From a virus (lineage: Duplodnaviria > Caudoviricetes): a stretch of DNA of 60,052 bases. Shown piece after piece: positions 39,201 to 48,658 of this stretch; positions within the stretch are counted from its first letter, which is position 1, and every line of letters starts with the position of its first letter. The stretch lies in IMG/VR virus record IMGVR_UViG_3300032136_000006, positions 1-60,052 of that record; one strand, given 5' to 3'. The notes beneath the pieces were generated by a model. That model saw nothing but the letters and a program-made list of their open reading frames with translations. It was not told the origin of the DNA and did no database searches. The position numbers and the translations under genes were made by a program.

Positions 39201-39301
39201 GGGCCGGTCCACGCAGTGGTCCCGCACAGCATGCAGTCGATTTTATTTGATACGCTCGGGGACGTTGCCTTCCCAGGAGTCGACGGAGGCGGTGTTGTCA
39301 T
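36293..39301 (-). CDS. polA: Family A DNA polymerase with N-terminal uracil-DNA-glycosylase-like domain
   Basis: Exonuclease motifs IDTET, FHNAKYDL and YGAVDAD; polymerase motifs ATGRLSS, ADAKAAEVR, IKRVVFGILYG and TVHDS; N-terminal CNECPL...IRC...EREAC...ALG is UDG family 4-like. Confidence 0.93.
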   Translation of the reverse strand: MTTPPPSTPGKATSPSVSNKIDCMLCGTTAWTGPKCNECPLRGVQHYAEGIGAYSDVDYFCVAETPVISGPSGDIAHSSWRIDVEGMVKGAFATHKKNNPKQAALSGRYTAAIRCAVEKPNKKEREACQPLFHKELLDKSRRDKPIMVFALGPAVLQSLGIKIGKYSEAQGKFHHTTLGKRAVIVFASLSKRQLPTKTGYMDVVREHIGIFMGAVLHARQNESADNVNPVLSLDVIIKDYRFPKTLTAVRKLVDEIVMYHKPGNTPDNHAIAIDTETNTLYPHREKLKILTLIVAWDVGKSASIPIEHPKTPWSFKEVFPVIQQLLACPKPKIFHNAKYDLRVLWAKGWTVNRLAWDTMLGEHLLAEDKRGFYGLKSLTRLYLPTHSGYEDELTEIRGKAEQKEKKKKEKGAGSSLTGAAKKLYNDDGFANIPLKQLNEYGAVDADVTRQLCELQRKRMIQEDEDLRDIRRKAGRQKLYQDVAVPGCTYKEPLKHIMYRRLLDTTKVLARMEEYGMAVDLDYAEELAFKMDGAILELASELTQMVPPKSFSVPFNPNSPAHLRKLFFTTGYYPEQNSIDVVSYKSVIAQEELRITDSGEISTDAAFLKILKNQYRCKFATVLLEYRALTKARNTFIENIRVLSQEDGKMHTTFNIMGTATGRLSSNDENMQNIPARIRQHNIKKMFVPTNRETHVIVNADAKAAEVRLYAAYSKDENLIEALQEGMDPHSFFSSVVLKPETVLEGVAQADKEKVLTTIGIDEKHEWSYNDFQNRGALTDDDPWYGKQLGILRSNIKRVVFGILYGASKNKIASIVGISHEQAQAIINVLFRMFPTIPEYIKLTKRQVHQIGVVETFIGRRRRFNTKGMTGFMKAKAERQAVNFKIQSTSSDIVMDVLCSIDSAIRDLGGRQLITVHDSLVMEVPKTQVHQMPGLIEEYGVRRVAQNYPWLPVPFSWDVEVGPSYGELQDINHYLADNPRDAKGKEDDEDYEDHEIRNDLAKG

Positions 39302-42300
39302 CTTGCTGCTCCTCTGGACTTTCTTGTGGAATCTCGGGTAAGGGGGCTATTACATCTTGGTCCAACTCGTGACTGTCATTAGCTTGCAACCAAGGCTTGG
39401 CATCGAGAACAACAACATCGGCGATATTAATTCCAGCTCCCAAGTGCCGACCTACGCGAAACAGTATGCCGGATCTTTCAATCTCCGAAGGGGAAAGGGC
39501 TGACGGATGGCGTTCCAGCGAAACCTTTAGTTTTGCTCCAGTTGTTTGCCCCCGTAAATGGTACGGAATCATACCAGTACACTGGTCTACGAGGAACAAG
39601 AGCGTCTTTGTTCTTTCATCAAAGTAGAGCCCTTTGTTAGACGCATTGATATCGTCTCGAAGTTCAGGCGACACAAGCATTTGCGACGCAGTCATCGCGG
39701 GACCTTCCGCTTGCGAAATACAGGGGTTACGCATAATAGCATTAAGGAGACCGTGAGTTTCGGATGCGACTGCAGTTTGTTGTATTGCATATGTGTTGTC
39801 ATCGATATAGTTCTCTAAGAAATTCACCCAGTCTTTGCCTAAAAACTTCAACAGAGCTAGGATGGCAAATAGAGATGATGCTAATCGCCATTCAATTTTA
39901 AGCTTCGGGTTAGTTTTTTGAAGCTCGATGAACTCAGACCGCACTTCCGCTTCTAACCGGGCTAAGTCTTGCGCATAGGGGTACATGCCTACTGCAATCT
40001 CGTGTGCCATTTCTTTTATGCGAGCTGTCCCAAGCGTGTCCTGGATGACATGCACGGGGTTAACTTTTTGTGGAACCTTCTGCATTTCGATAGAAAGCAT
40101 TCGGTTTAAGTCCTGCGGCCTTTCTGCGCCTTGGATGGCTGAAAAGATAACCGGCAGACGGAAGGTTTGGGTGAAAGCGGTACCGTCAGCACGTCCCCGT
40201 ACTCTGTCCGCTTGGCCTGAAACAAGGCCGCGAAACATCTCCATGATTTTAGAGACGTGACCACCCCGTTCGGTGTCACCGCTTTCAAACTCGTCCAACG
40301 CTAAGAGACGTGAATCACTATCGGCGTACCCCGCTACACCTGCAGCAGAATAGCTTTCGTATCCTTGAGACGCTAAAAGTAACTGGATTCCTTTGTAATT
40401 GAAGCCCGTTAACGTGGAAAGTAGGCTGGATTTACCTGAGTGTGTATCTCCTGTGATGAATACTAGAACCGGACGTTCAAAGGCATCCATTATAGGGTAA
40501 CATAAAACGAGAGCCGCCAATAATTGAGCGGTTACTTTTTGGTTTTTGAAACAGTACCCTACGTCATAAACCTCTACTAAGTCAGAATATAGCTTCTGGA
40601 GATTTACTTTTTTACCGGACTCCAACTTATCAACGTCTAGTCCTCCGGGGTACCACGCGGAAGATTCAGCGACGTCTACGTCGAAGATAGTGTTGTGTGC
40701 TGCGTCGGCAGGACCTTCGAGTTTAATGTAGCTAAGGGATGCTCCATCCCGTTGGATTTTAAAAGCATTGGTACCGCAAACAATGTATTCTACAGTTCCT
40801 CCGTGGTCACGGACGCAATGATAACCTTGTTTTAACCTTCGTGCTGTCATGAAATCTGGTGCTCCCAATGTCATGTCGATGAAAGCGGCATCGAGATAGC
40901 TAGCCAATTGCATTTGAAGCTTGTTCAAGATGCGACCATCAATTTCCGGAGTAGGAAATTCAAGAAAGGGTGGTTGTCCTACTTTTTCAGTAATAAACGC
41001 ATGGAGTGATCCTACCGTTGGTGCCAGCTCTCCGATAACGGACTTAGGGTTTGCGAGCTGGATTTCATGATACCGTTTATCCTTTGTATTATAAACCTTG
41101 AGATTTCGACCACCCTTAGATGCATACGACCCGACAACAAACAGAAACTCTCTTAACGCGTCTACACAATTTTGAACAAAACCCAATTCGGTCCCATCAC
41201 GTGAGGCGATTTCCCGCTTTAGAAGGCTGGCATTTAGGTTGTGCCTAGCAGCTACTACTTCGATGAACTTTGAAGCCTCTAACCTGTGGTTGACGTACTT
41301 ACCGTGATTCGCTGCCGCTTCCATCCGAGCCCTGAAATCTTGCTCGGGAATGGAATCGATTTCAATACTTGCGCGGGTAGAAGCCCAATCCCAGGTGGAT
41401 GCAAACGTAGTATCTTGTTCGTCCCACAAAAGACGAAGGACGTCACTTGGGTTTCCCTTGTGTATTGCGTCGTCGACGTCGGAAGCTCCCGGAAGTTTAT
41501 CCCAACTTTGAAACACCTTCACGTCGAGTTCGTAAATATGCCCTAACCATTTTTGAACAACGTCATCTCCTTTAGCCTCTGGGGCGTCGCCGACTAGATA
41601 CAAGCTGTTAACGCCTGAAGCCCGTAGGCACTTTTCGATATAAGGTGCGCCGCCACCTCCCCCTGCGGAGATTACGGGAAACTTAACGTTACCGCGTGCG
41701 ACGTAGTACGCCATGAGGGAAAGAGCATCAAATTCCCCTTCGACAATGTGCGCATAATTTCTATTGGCGCTCTGACTCCAGAAAATTTGATAGCGGTCCC
41801 ATCCCAAACCGAACATCCCTAGATCCTCGCTGAATTCATCCTTAGTAATGGTGAATTTTTTTGAGGAGTCAGGAGAGCGTAGTTTGAAGTTACTTATCTC
41901 TGTAGGGGTTGAGTAAAGAGGGAGAAGGATACCACCGGTAAAAACTGGGTCGCGGATGTAATCTGCGAAATAGTTATTAGCTTCATTCGCTAGGTTTACA
42001 GGCTCTGGTATTGTCGAGTTTCCATCACGCCTCCATTGCATATACTTTATCTTAAACCGCTTATGAATCCTTTTAGTTAGGTCTCCTAGAACTGGCATGA
42101 TAGATACAGGAAGAGCATGCAGAACGTCTTTCGATAACCCACGAACATTAATGAGCCAATCCAAAGCCTGCGCTGCGTAGGCATACTCTGAGTTGTTAGG
42201 GTCGCCGATCGCGTCACACATCATCTGATGCGTTGCAGCAAAAATCTCACGCTTAAGTTCCTGGTTTAGCCGTTGGGCTTCCAGTTCTTCTAGGGCTTTT

Positions 42301-42692
42301 TTAGGCAAAAACCCGGGTTTGTAAGTTTTTTGCACGTACTCTAAGGAATCCGCGTACGTTGAATTTCGAATATAGGAAATTAATCGCAGCGGGTTGGACT
42401 CGTAATAGTTACAGGAGCCGCCATAACATTTAGCGTAGCCTCTCCCTGTGTGGATGTAAAACGACGGGTCTGTATCCTGATGATCTGGATGTACACATAG
42501 GCCCTTAAGTGTTTTATGTCCTGTGGGTATGAACTGTAGGTTTGGTTTGTATTCTTTGAGAAGCTTATGCCAATTATCGATTCCGATAAAATCCCATAAC
42601 TTCCAGATTACGTCGTGAGATAGACGTTTACTTACTTGCTTGTTTCCCATTGGCACCATCCGCATGTGCTGGACATATGCTGCGGTAGTCAC
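39243..42692 (-). CDS. Primase-helicase (CHC2 Zn finger, TOPRIM and C-terminal P-loop ATPase)
   Basis: LCVHPDHQDTDPSF...KCYGGSC, IVEGEFDALS, GDTHSGKS and LALDEFE; the true start may be ATG 42650. Confidence 0.85.
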   Translation of the reverse strand: MTTAAYVQHMRMVPMGNKQVSKRLSHDVIWKLWDFIGIDNWHKLLKEYKPNLQFIPTGHKTLKGLCVHPDHQDTDPSFYIHTGRGYAKCYGGSCNYYESNPLRLISYIRNSTYADSLEYVQKTYKPGFLPKKALEELEAQRLNQELKREIFAATHQMMCDAIGDPNNSEYAYAAQALDWLINVRGLSKDVLHALPVSIMPVLGDLTKRIHKRFKIKYMQWRRDGNSTIPEPVNLANEANNYFADYIRDPVFTGGILLPLYSTPTEISNFKLRSPDSSKKFTITKDEFSEDLGMFGLGWDRYQIFWSQSANRNYAHIVEGEFDALSLMAYYVARGNVKFPVISAGGGGGAPYIEKCLRASGVNSLYLVGDAPEAKGDDVVQKWLGHIYELDVKVFQSWDKLPGASDVDDAIHKGNPSDVLRLLWDEQDTTFASTWDWASTRASIEIDSIPEQDFRARMEAAANHGKYVNHRLEASKFIEVVAARHNLNASLLKREIASRDGTELGFVQNCVDALREFLFVVGSYASKGGRNLKVYNTKDKRYHEIQLANPKSVIGELAPTVGSLHAFITEKVGQPPFLEFPTPEIDGRILNKLQMQLASYLDAAFIDMTLGAPDFMTARRLKQGYHCVRDHGGTVEYIVCGTNAFKIQRDGASLSYIKLEGPADAAHNTIFDVDVAESSAWYPGGLDVDKLESGKKVNLQKLYSDLVEVYDVGYCFKNQKVTAQLLAALVLCYPIMDAFERPVLVFITGDTHSGKSSLLSTLTGFNYKGIQLLLASQGYESYSAAGVAGYADSDSRLLALDEFESGDTERGGHVSKIMEMFRGLVSGQADRVRGRADGTAFTQTFRLPVIFSAIQGAERPQDLNRMLSIEMQKVPQKVNPVHVIQDTLGTARIKEMAHEIAVGMYPYAQDLARLEAEVRSEFIELQKTNPKLKIEWRLASSLFAILALLKFLGKDWVNFLENYIDDNTYAIQQTAVASETHGLLNAIMRNPCISQAEGPAMTASQMLVSPELRDDINASNKGLYFDERTKTLLFLVDQCTGMIPYHLRGQTTGAKLKVSLERHPSALSPSEIERSGILFRVGRHLGAGINIADVVVLDAKPWLQANDSHELDQDVIAPLPEIPQESPEEQQDDNTASVDSWEGNVPERIK

Positions 42693-43449
42693 ACCATCCG
42701 CAAAGAGGTCCAGGCCGTACCAGTTCGTGTTTGTGTGTATCGATCGTAGCCTTGTTCAAAAAAGTGAGCACTTGCTCAAAGAGGGGTTGGACGTCCCTAA
42801 CATCCAACATTCCTTTTTTAAACGCAACGTGGTCTGTGCGTACAAAGTTAATCCCGAGTTTTACATGTTGTAAATCCGGTTTGGTAGCTTTTAAGAAGAG
42901 TGCGTAAGCATTGAATTGTTTGTCAAAATACTTAAGGTCATGCTCTTTTCCAGTCTTGTGGTCGAGGATCAGAGCCCACGGGTAGTTTTTGAAAAAAGCA
43001 GAGAGGTCAATAACGCCGCGGAGCAAACCCTTTTCATCATTCCAGAAGTTGATAGGGTTACCATCGAAATCAACGGCTAATCGTTGCTCAATAGAAGGAA
43101 AAGAGATGTCGTGTAGCTTTCGATAGCTTTCAAACCTACGCATAAAATTTGCGACAGCTGGTTGGAACTCTCGAGCCTCTTCTGCCTCTGTTGTAGTTAG
43201 CTGATGCTCTTTGATAGCTTGTAAATAGCATTGGTCTACTGCTGTTCTGCCGTATGGCTTAAGTGCGTACTCAAGAACGGAGTGTACAGCTTTACCGATT
43301 AATGCCTCTTTGCCTGGGGGCAAATCCATTTTTTTCTTTTTAACGTATTGTAGGTGAAATCTGTGAGGGCATTGTTGTGCGACATCTGCTTTACTAATGG
43401 ACCAAGGAGCAAATTCTTTCACGATACTTGTGGGTTTTACGTCTGGCAT
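42628..43449 (-). CDS. PD-(D/E)XK Cas4/RecB-like exonuclease
   Basis: WSISK...CP, GKAVH, LRGVID...LDHKTG, QFNAY and a C-terminal CGWCDYRSICP Fe-S motif. Confidence 0.85.
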   Translation of the reverse strand: MPDVKPTSIVKEFAPWSISKADVAQQCPHRFHLQYVKKKKMDLPPGKEALIGKAVHSVLEYALKPYGRTAVDQCYLQAIKEHQLTTTEAEEAREFQPAVANFMRRFESYRKLHDISFPSIEQRLAVDFDGNPINFWNDEKGLLRGVIDLSAFFKNYPWALILDHKTGKEHDLKYFDKQFNAYALFLKATKPDLQHVKLGINFVRTDHVAFKKGMLDVRDVQPLFEQVLTFLNKATIDTHKHELVRPGPLCGWCDYRSICPAHADGANGKQASK

Positions 43450-43459
43450 TTTTTCTCCC

Positions 43460-43508
43460 AAAAAAGGAGAGGCAGGGCATAGCGGACTAGTACTACACCC
43501 TGCTCTCT
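43460..43508 (-). terminator. Intrinsic terminator downstream of the SSB-like gene
   Basis: On the - strand, AGAGAGCAGGG...CCCTGCCTCTCC followed by T6. Confidence 0.65.
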
Positions 43509-43523
43509 GGCACGCAACAGTAT

Positions 43524-44582
43524 TTAGACGTTTACAGTCTCGTCGCCTAGATCATCCATGGTATCTAGCGATGAGGTGTCCGGAGTTAGCGTCCCAGCGG
43601 AACTCGCTTCTCCGCTTTCGGCTTCGTTTGGTGTAGCTGCTTTTTCACCTGACCGATAAATAGCTGCAATACTGGGGAGAATGTATGTTGCCTCTAACAT
43701 TGTGCACATTGCGTCGCAAAACGCGTGTACTGCTTCCGGGACGGCTTCCGTTTTATTCGGAGCAACTTGCATTACGTACCACCGGCGACTACTATCATGC
43801 TGGCTGGTGCGTTGGTCTAACGTTAGGGTATACCACTTGGACCACGGGTAATAGGACCGCTTTACAAACTTAGTCAGTTGTCGTCCTGCAGGTTCTGACG
43901 TTTTCTGGAAGCGTACCAGTACGATTTCCTGCATGTCTTTACTTAACATAAAAGCTACAACGTTATCCGCGCAGCGTTGTTGTTGTCCATCTCGCCAGGG
44001 TCGGTGGGGGCAGTCATCACATGTGCCACACAGGCTACCCATTATTCTGTCCATTGACTGGCAGAGGGGTTTATTTGTGTCTTCTCCCATGTCGGAGTTG
44101 CCCCACATCGTGCGACCGCCCCATAGGGCAATAACGGTTCCTTCGAATTTCTCACCGATAGACTCTTTAGTCGTCAGGTAGTATTCTCCTGGAATTTGTT
44201 TATCGGGGCGATTGGGGTCATTACCAGTACCCTGGTAAGCTTTTAGTTCTGGGAAATCCGCCTGGTCGCTATCTCCGTAAATACCTTTACGAGAACTTGT
44301 AGTTTTACGAATAATATTCATAAGACTATCAACATACTCCTCGGGAAGGTCATCGATAATGTTTTGGAACGCAGTAGCCGTGGGAAGTTCAGTAGAAACT
44401 CGAGCGAGAATGGTGCCGTACTTGGTACGGAACTCTTCGCTACTATCGCCGAGAGCTGTCAATGCGGTCGCTTGCGCTTTTTCAATAGCTCCAGGTTTTT
44501 CGGTTTTAATCTCGTCGTTTTTTTCTGTTGTGTCTTGGGTTTTGGTGGAAGTTGTCTCTGTCTTTTTAGTACTCTTCACCAT
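43524..44582 (-). CDS. Putative ssDNA-binding / recombination protein
   Basis: CQS.D...G..C.TC..CP...C motif, aromatic OB-like core and acidic C-terminal tail; sits next to the exonuclease and primase genes. Confidence 0.5.
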   Translation of the reverse strand: MVKSTKKTETTSTKTQDTTEKNDEIKTEKPGAIEKAQATALTALGDSSEEFRTKYGTILARVSTELPTATAFQNIIDDLPEEYVDSLMNIIRKTTSSRKGIYGDSDQADFPELKAYQGTGNDPNRPDKQIPGEYYLTTKESIGEKFEGTVIALWGGRTMWGNSDMGEDTNKPLCQSMDRIMGSLCGTCDDCPHRPWRDGQQQRCADNVVAFMLSKDMQEIVLVRFQKTSEPAGRQLTKFVKRSYYPWSKWYTLTLDQRTSQHDSSRRWYVMQVAPNKTEAVPEAVHAFCDAMCTMLEATYILPSIAAIYRSGEKAATPNEAESGEASSAGTLTPDTSSLDTMDDLGDETVNV

Positions 44583-44697
44583 GTGAGAGCTCCTTCTAGT
44601 TGGGTTTTCTTGGCACGGAAACAGATACTACGTTAAACTTATTGCGCTGTCCACGGGTTTTGTATGAGAATAAACTACCGCGTTATAGGAGTGCGTA

Positions 44698-45732
44698 ATG
44701 TATACAGAACTGCAGACTAACGACAAAGTTTATGACCTTTATTACAATGAAGTGGGACGCCACACGTTGTTATCGCAAACAGAAGAACGGGAGTTACTCC
44801 GGCGTTATCATTGTTGTTCATTGTGCACTAGGCGTATACCCCTACGGGTTCGTTCTTCTAACTGTCCTGATTGTGGCGCTATTTCTCCGGATAAACCACA
44901 AGGTCGCGACTTTGTTTGTACGTCCTGTTTTAAGGCTTATTCACCTGTTACAAATGCGCGGACGTGCCCAGCCTGTGGAGCTGGACGCGACATGGAAGCT
45001 AGGCAGGACCTGATTCGTGCAAATTTACGGTTTGTGATTCGTCGAGCTAAGAAATTCACACAAGACGCAGAGGTCTTGCATACACTTATCTCGGCTGGAA
45101 ATATCGGATTAATGCAAGCTGTTGACCGGTTTAATATAGATACGAGTCATCGATTTTTAACGTACGCAGAATGGTGGATCCGAAAAGAAATAATGGATGA
45201 ACTCAATCGTTCCAATATGATTCACGTCCCCACACATAAGCAGAAAAAGTTACGCAGGATAAGTAAAGAGGGTCAGTACGTCTGCATTCATTGCGGTCTA
45301 AGGACCAACAGCGAGCACAATGTAAGGCATCTTCCAGCCTGTAATGCCTACGGAGGACACGTATTAGAGGTGCCGTTACAGCGCGATAGCCAAATATTAA
45401 GTGATGCACTCAATATCGACGACATGGTTTGCGTTGCGACAGACGATGTAGAGAAACAGTATCATGCTGCAGAGATGCAGACGGTACTACGCGCTACAGT
45501 GGATACGATGGGGTTAAGCGAACGAGATAAGTTCATAGTTGTAGGGTACTTCGATGCTGTTGCAGCTGATCGGAAAAGTGACCCAAAGAAGCTACCCCAA
45601 CTTGCGGCCGTTACAGGTATTACACCGGAACGTGTTCGACAAGTTAAGGAAAAGCTTTTAATGCGGATTAAGAAAGAACTGCGCAAGGCGGAAATCACGA
45701 CCCTGTCTACTCTTCTACCAGAAGACCAGTAG
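44698..45732 (+). CDS. Sigma70-family sigma factor with zinc-ribbon insertions
   Basis: Region 1.2 YYNEVGRHTLLSQTEERELL, region 2 LIRANLRFVI...LISAGNIGLMQAVDRF...FLTYAEWWIR and region 4 GITPERVRQV. Confidence 0.9.
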   Translation: MYTELQTNDKVYDLYYNEVGRHTLLSQTEERELLRRYHCCSLCTRRIPLRVRSSNCPDCGAISPDKPQGRDFVCTSCFKAYSPVTNARTCPACGAGRDMEARQDLIRANLRFVIRRAKKFTQDAEVLHTLISAGNIGLMQAVDRFNIDTSHRFLTYAEWWIRKEIMDELNRSNMIHVPTHKQKKLRRISKEGQYVCIHCGLRTNSEHNVRHLPACNAYGGHVLEVPLQRDSQILSDALNIDDMVCVATDDVEKQYHAAEMQTVLRATVDTMGLSERDKFIVVGYFDAVAADRKSDPKKLPQLAAVTGITPERVRQVKEKLLMRIKKELRKAEITTLSTLLPEDQ

Positions 45733-46702
45733 CAATTTCCATCCCATCAATAACTCCCAGATTGTATGTTCTTTCTGCTTTTGTTGCAGACTGTATTGCA
45801 CGGTCTCGATACGTATCAAGCCAGTCTACCATGTCTTTTTTCTTCACAGGCTTCATGCGTTTATACACTTCGGGGCTTCGGTAATCCTGTAGGTTTAGCT
45901 CCGGTGTTTTTTTGGTTTTCTTGTGTGCTGCAGCTCCACGTTTGGCTGGAGATTTAGGTGCTTTTTCTCCCGCTTTAGCGGCTTTCTTAGCCTCTTGGGC
46001 TGCTTTACGCGTACGATAAGCCTCAATAGCTTCCCCTACAGATTGCGCTGAATCTCCGGATAATGCTTTGCTTACCATCTTTTCATAGAATGCTTGGTCA
46101 ACCTTACGGTCCAGCTTAGCAAACTGACGGAACATGGCAAATGGTATCTTTTCCGCTTTTAAGGCATCCTGTAACTGAGGGTCAGCCTTGAGGATAGATA
46201 AGTGCTGGCTTACGTAGCCAGCAGAACAACCACATGACCGCGCAATTTTTTCATTTGTAAACTTATCATTTTCTATAAGTTTACCAAAGGTTAGCGCAAC
46301 CTCGTAGGGTGTATTATCCTTCCTAGTTAAATTAGCCACTAGAGCGTGTAACCGTGCGTCTTTGTCTGTCTTTGCATGACTGATCGTTACCGGTGCAGTT
46401 ACGGCTCCCATTTCACGGAGAGCTGCATATCGACGGCGACCATCCACTAAAACATATGCGTTTTTAGTGGGTTCCTCTCGTACTAGGATTGGATTAAGTA
46501 GCCCCGCAGAAGAAATAGACGCAACTAGGTCGCTAATATCCCCTAATGTCTCACGATTCCAGTCTTTAGAAAGTTCAATACTGGACAGATTTATTGTCGT
46601 ATTCTTGAAATCGTCTTTTGTATTAGTCCGCCGTTTACGGGAGGTTACTTTTGCGGACTTTTTTGCGGATGTAACCCCTGTTGTTTCTGTTTTATTCGCC
46701 AT
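45707..46702 (-). CDS. parB: ParB/Spo0J-like protein
   Basis: LVASISSAGLLNPILV...LVDGRRRYAA, ANLTRKD and an HTH-like IARSCGCSAGYVSQHL segment. Confidence 0.85.
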   Translation of the reverse strand: MANKTETTGVTSAKKSAKVTSRKRRTNTKDDFKNTTINLSSIELSKDWNRETLGDISDLVASISSAGLLNPILVREEPTKNAYVLVDGRRRYAALREMGAVTAPVTISHAKTDKDARLHALVANLTRKDNTPYEVALTFGKLIENDKFTNEKIARSCGCSAGYVSQHLSILKADPQLQDALKAEKIPFAMFRQFAKLDRKVDQAFYEKMVSKALSGDSAQSVGEAIEAYRTRKAAQEAKKAAKAGEKAPKSPAKRGAAAHKKTKKTPELNLQDYRSPEVYKRMKPVKKKDMVDWLDTYRDRAIQSATKAERTYNLGVIDGMEIATGLLVEE

Positions 46703-46714
46703 GTTGACCCTCTC

Positions 46715-46972
46715 TTAAAGTGAGTTAATCGTATCGAGTAGAACTCGTTTACTTACTCTGCTCAATGGTAAATCACTAGGTTTCACCCCCTCTAGGATGG
46801 CGCCCAGCGTGTGGAAGAGTTCGGTGGTTAGAGGAATAAGGCTCTCATCACTGTTATATACGATCATATACAGCGCTCTAATAGCTTTCAGCTTTTCCTC
46901 CGATGAGGTTGAATCGCGTAAGCGCGACTTTATTCTCTTCTTTCGAAGGGGCGGCTTCCGCAATTCGGACAT
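46715..46972 (-). CDS. Hypothetical protein
   Basis: 85 aa with AGGAG RBS, in the - strand operon. Confidence 0.55.
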   Translation of the reverse strand: MSELRKPPLRKKRIKSRLRDSTSSEEKLKAIRALYMIVYNSDESLIPLTTELFHTLGAILEGVKPSDLPLSRVSKRVLLDTINSL

Positions 46973-47094
46973 AACAAAACTCCTGTTTTAGCCTCATCTC
47001 GGAGAACAGCGTCACATGTTGGACACCGTGGTTGGTCTCCCTGCTTTGCTTCTTTCTCGAGGGTGCTATCCTCTGACACGCCGTACTTTTCCAT
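46930..47094 (-). CDS. Small zinc-ribbon protein (54 aa, not in ORF track)
   Basis: Manual translation MEKYGVSEDSTLEKEAKQGDQPRCPTCDAVLRDEAKTGVLLCPNCGSRPFERRE; AGGAG RBS; fills the gap in the operon. Confidence 0.7.
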   Translation of the reverse strand: MEKYGVSEDSTLEKEAKQGDQPRCPTCDAVLRDEAKTGVLLCPNCGSRPFERRE

Positions 47095-47097
47095 GGT

Positions 47098-47466
47098 CTA
47101 CTCCTGCTCTGCTATATCCGCAGCAGGAGTGGCATCTTTCTTCTTCTTGGGGGGAGCCTCATTTATCATGAAGATGTCCCCGATGAGCGTATCTATCCGA
47201 GTTTTACAACCCTTATTGCGTTTGGCATCAGGAGTGTGGCAAAGGGAATCTAATGTTTTAATCTCGTATTTGTCTCCCACTTTACGGGCGATAATGAGTT
47301 CGGGGTGTTCCGCTTTCAAGACATCATTTAATTCTGACTCGAGGTCCGATAGCATCCCTTCTTTTACTTCATTCTGGGCTAATAGCTCTTGGGCTTCTTC
47401 AAGTAGCAGCGTCCTGGTTTCTTTTTTACCACAACGACCACAATCTACTGTAACAGTTACTTCCAT
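47098..47466 (-). CDS. Hypothetical protein (CxxC)
   Basis: 122 aa with AAGGAG RBS. Confidence 0.6.
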   Translation of the reverse strand: MEVTVTVDCGRCGKKETRTLLLEEAQELLAQNEVKEGMLSDLESELNDVLKAEHPELIIARKVGDKYEIKTLDSLCHTPDAKRNKGCKTRIDTLIGDIFMINEAPPKKKKDATPAADIAEQE

Positions 47467-47488
47467 GATCTCTCTCCTTTTATGCCGT

Positions 47489-48658
47489 CTATTGGAAGAG
47501 GCGTTTACACGTTTGCGGGCCAGGAAGCCCGTCTACTTTTAGTTGATTTATGGGGTTTCTCTTGTTCCAATCCGCTTGGAACTTCTTAACTATTTTTCGG
47601 GTTTCAGGCCCCATTCTACCATCTTCTACCAAGCTATAACCTTTGCGTACAAGTTGCTCTTGTACGTCCTTTACACTGTAAACCTTATCGTTGTCACTAT
47701 CGATATCATCATCGTGTGTAGGGGTATCTTCTCCGTATGACGGATTTTCTTGGTCATTGTGAGTATCCCACCCACGAACTTCATCCCAGATAGTACCCTC
47801 TGCGTCAAGTAGATCTGTATAAGATTCATCTTGTATAAAGGCTAATTCCAGTATCGGTTCGGGGCCAAAAGCAGCGGCGTTACAGTCCTCGAATGGGAAT
47901 AGGGGGCCCATGTCGCTTTTCCCTGTGCGCCAGTCAGTATGTTGTGACATGCGAGAAGCGTCCATTTTATGCGGCAACGCTGCGATGAGGAGCCGTTTCA
48001 GTTTGATATTATTGATGAGCTGGTCTTTTGTGAAGGGCTGCATGATTTTATTACCCCTATAAGGGCGGTCTAGCAGAACCGGCGGGAGTTCCTGTACAAG
48101 TTCCAAGGGGAGCTCCCGAGCCCAGTAACGCCATTTGCCACCCTTAGTCTTGGTCAGCTGTCCGGCGTTTACTGTTTCTAGTCCTATTGAATCTCTGTTC
48201 CGGCGTGGTTCATGCCATGCACTATGCATTAAAGGAATGATGTAGAACGGATGACCGTGATAGCCCTGAATGAAATGCGTAGAGGCTCCAGCATACCCTG
48301 TTTTGCCGTTTTTCTTTTTTCGTTTTGCAGCGCTAAACCAGTTGAGCGTAGACCATTTAGATATCCCAGCAGTAAAATGATCTACAAAGTAGAGGTCGTC
48401 TTGCGTTTCTAAACGATTTTTAGTGTATTGTCGTGTAGGATATTCTTTCGCCAACTCAGCGCTGTGTTCTTTAATTCTTCGATGAGAGTCTATAAACAAA
48501 GCATTTAAACATTCAATTGCTTCGTTTTGGGTAAGAGCGTCTTCTGCGATTTTTGCCCATAGGCGTTCGAAGATTTCTTTTGCTTCGGCGCCGTTCCCAT
48601 CCACAATATCCCAGAATTCTCTCTTAGCGATAGAGGTGTAGTCGATCAATTTTGTCAT
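47489..48658 (-). CDS. Endolysin: Amidase_2 domain plus C-terminal peptidoglycan-binding domain
   Basis: VDHFTAG, ASTHFI, AWH...N.DSIGLE and QH...K.DMGP.F; C-terminal VQEQL...DG.MGPET...FQ...LKVDGLPGPQT. Confidence 0.85.
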   Translation of the reverse strand: MTKLIDYTSIAKREFWDIVDGNGAEAKEIFERLWAKIAEDALTQNEAIECLNALFIDSHRRIKEHSAELAKEYPTRQYTKNRLETQDDLYFVDHFTAGISKWSTLNWFSAAKRKKKNGKTGYAGASTHFIQGYHGHPFYIIPLMHSAWHEPRRNRDSIGLETVNAGQLTKTKGGKWRYWARELPLELVQELPPVLLDRPYRGNKIMQPFTKDQLINNIKLKRLLIAALPHKMDASRMSQHTDWRTGKSDMGPLFPFEDCNAAAFGPEPILELAFIQDESYTDLLDAEGTIWDEVRGWDTHNDQENPSYGEDTPTHDDDIDSDNDKVYSVKDVQEQLVRKGYSLVEDGRMGPETRKIVKKFQADWNKRNPINQLKVDGLPGPQTCKRLFQ

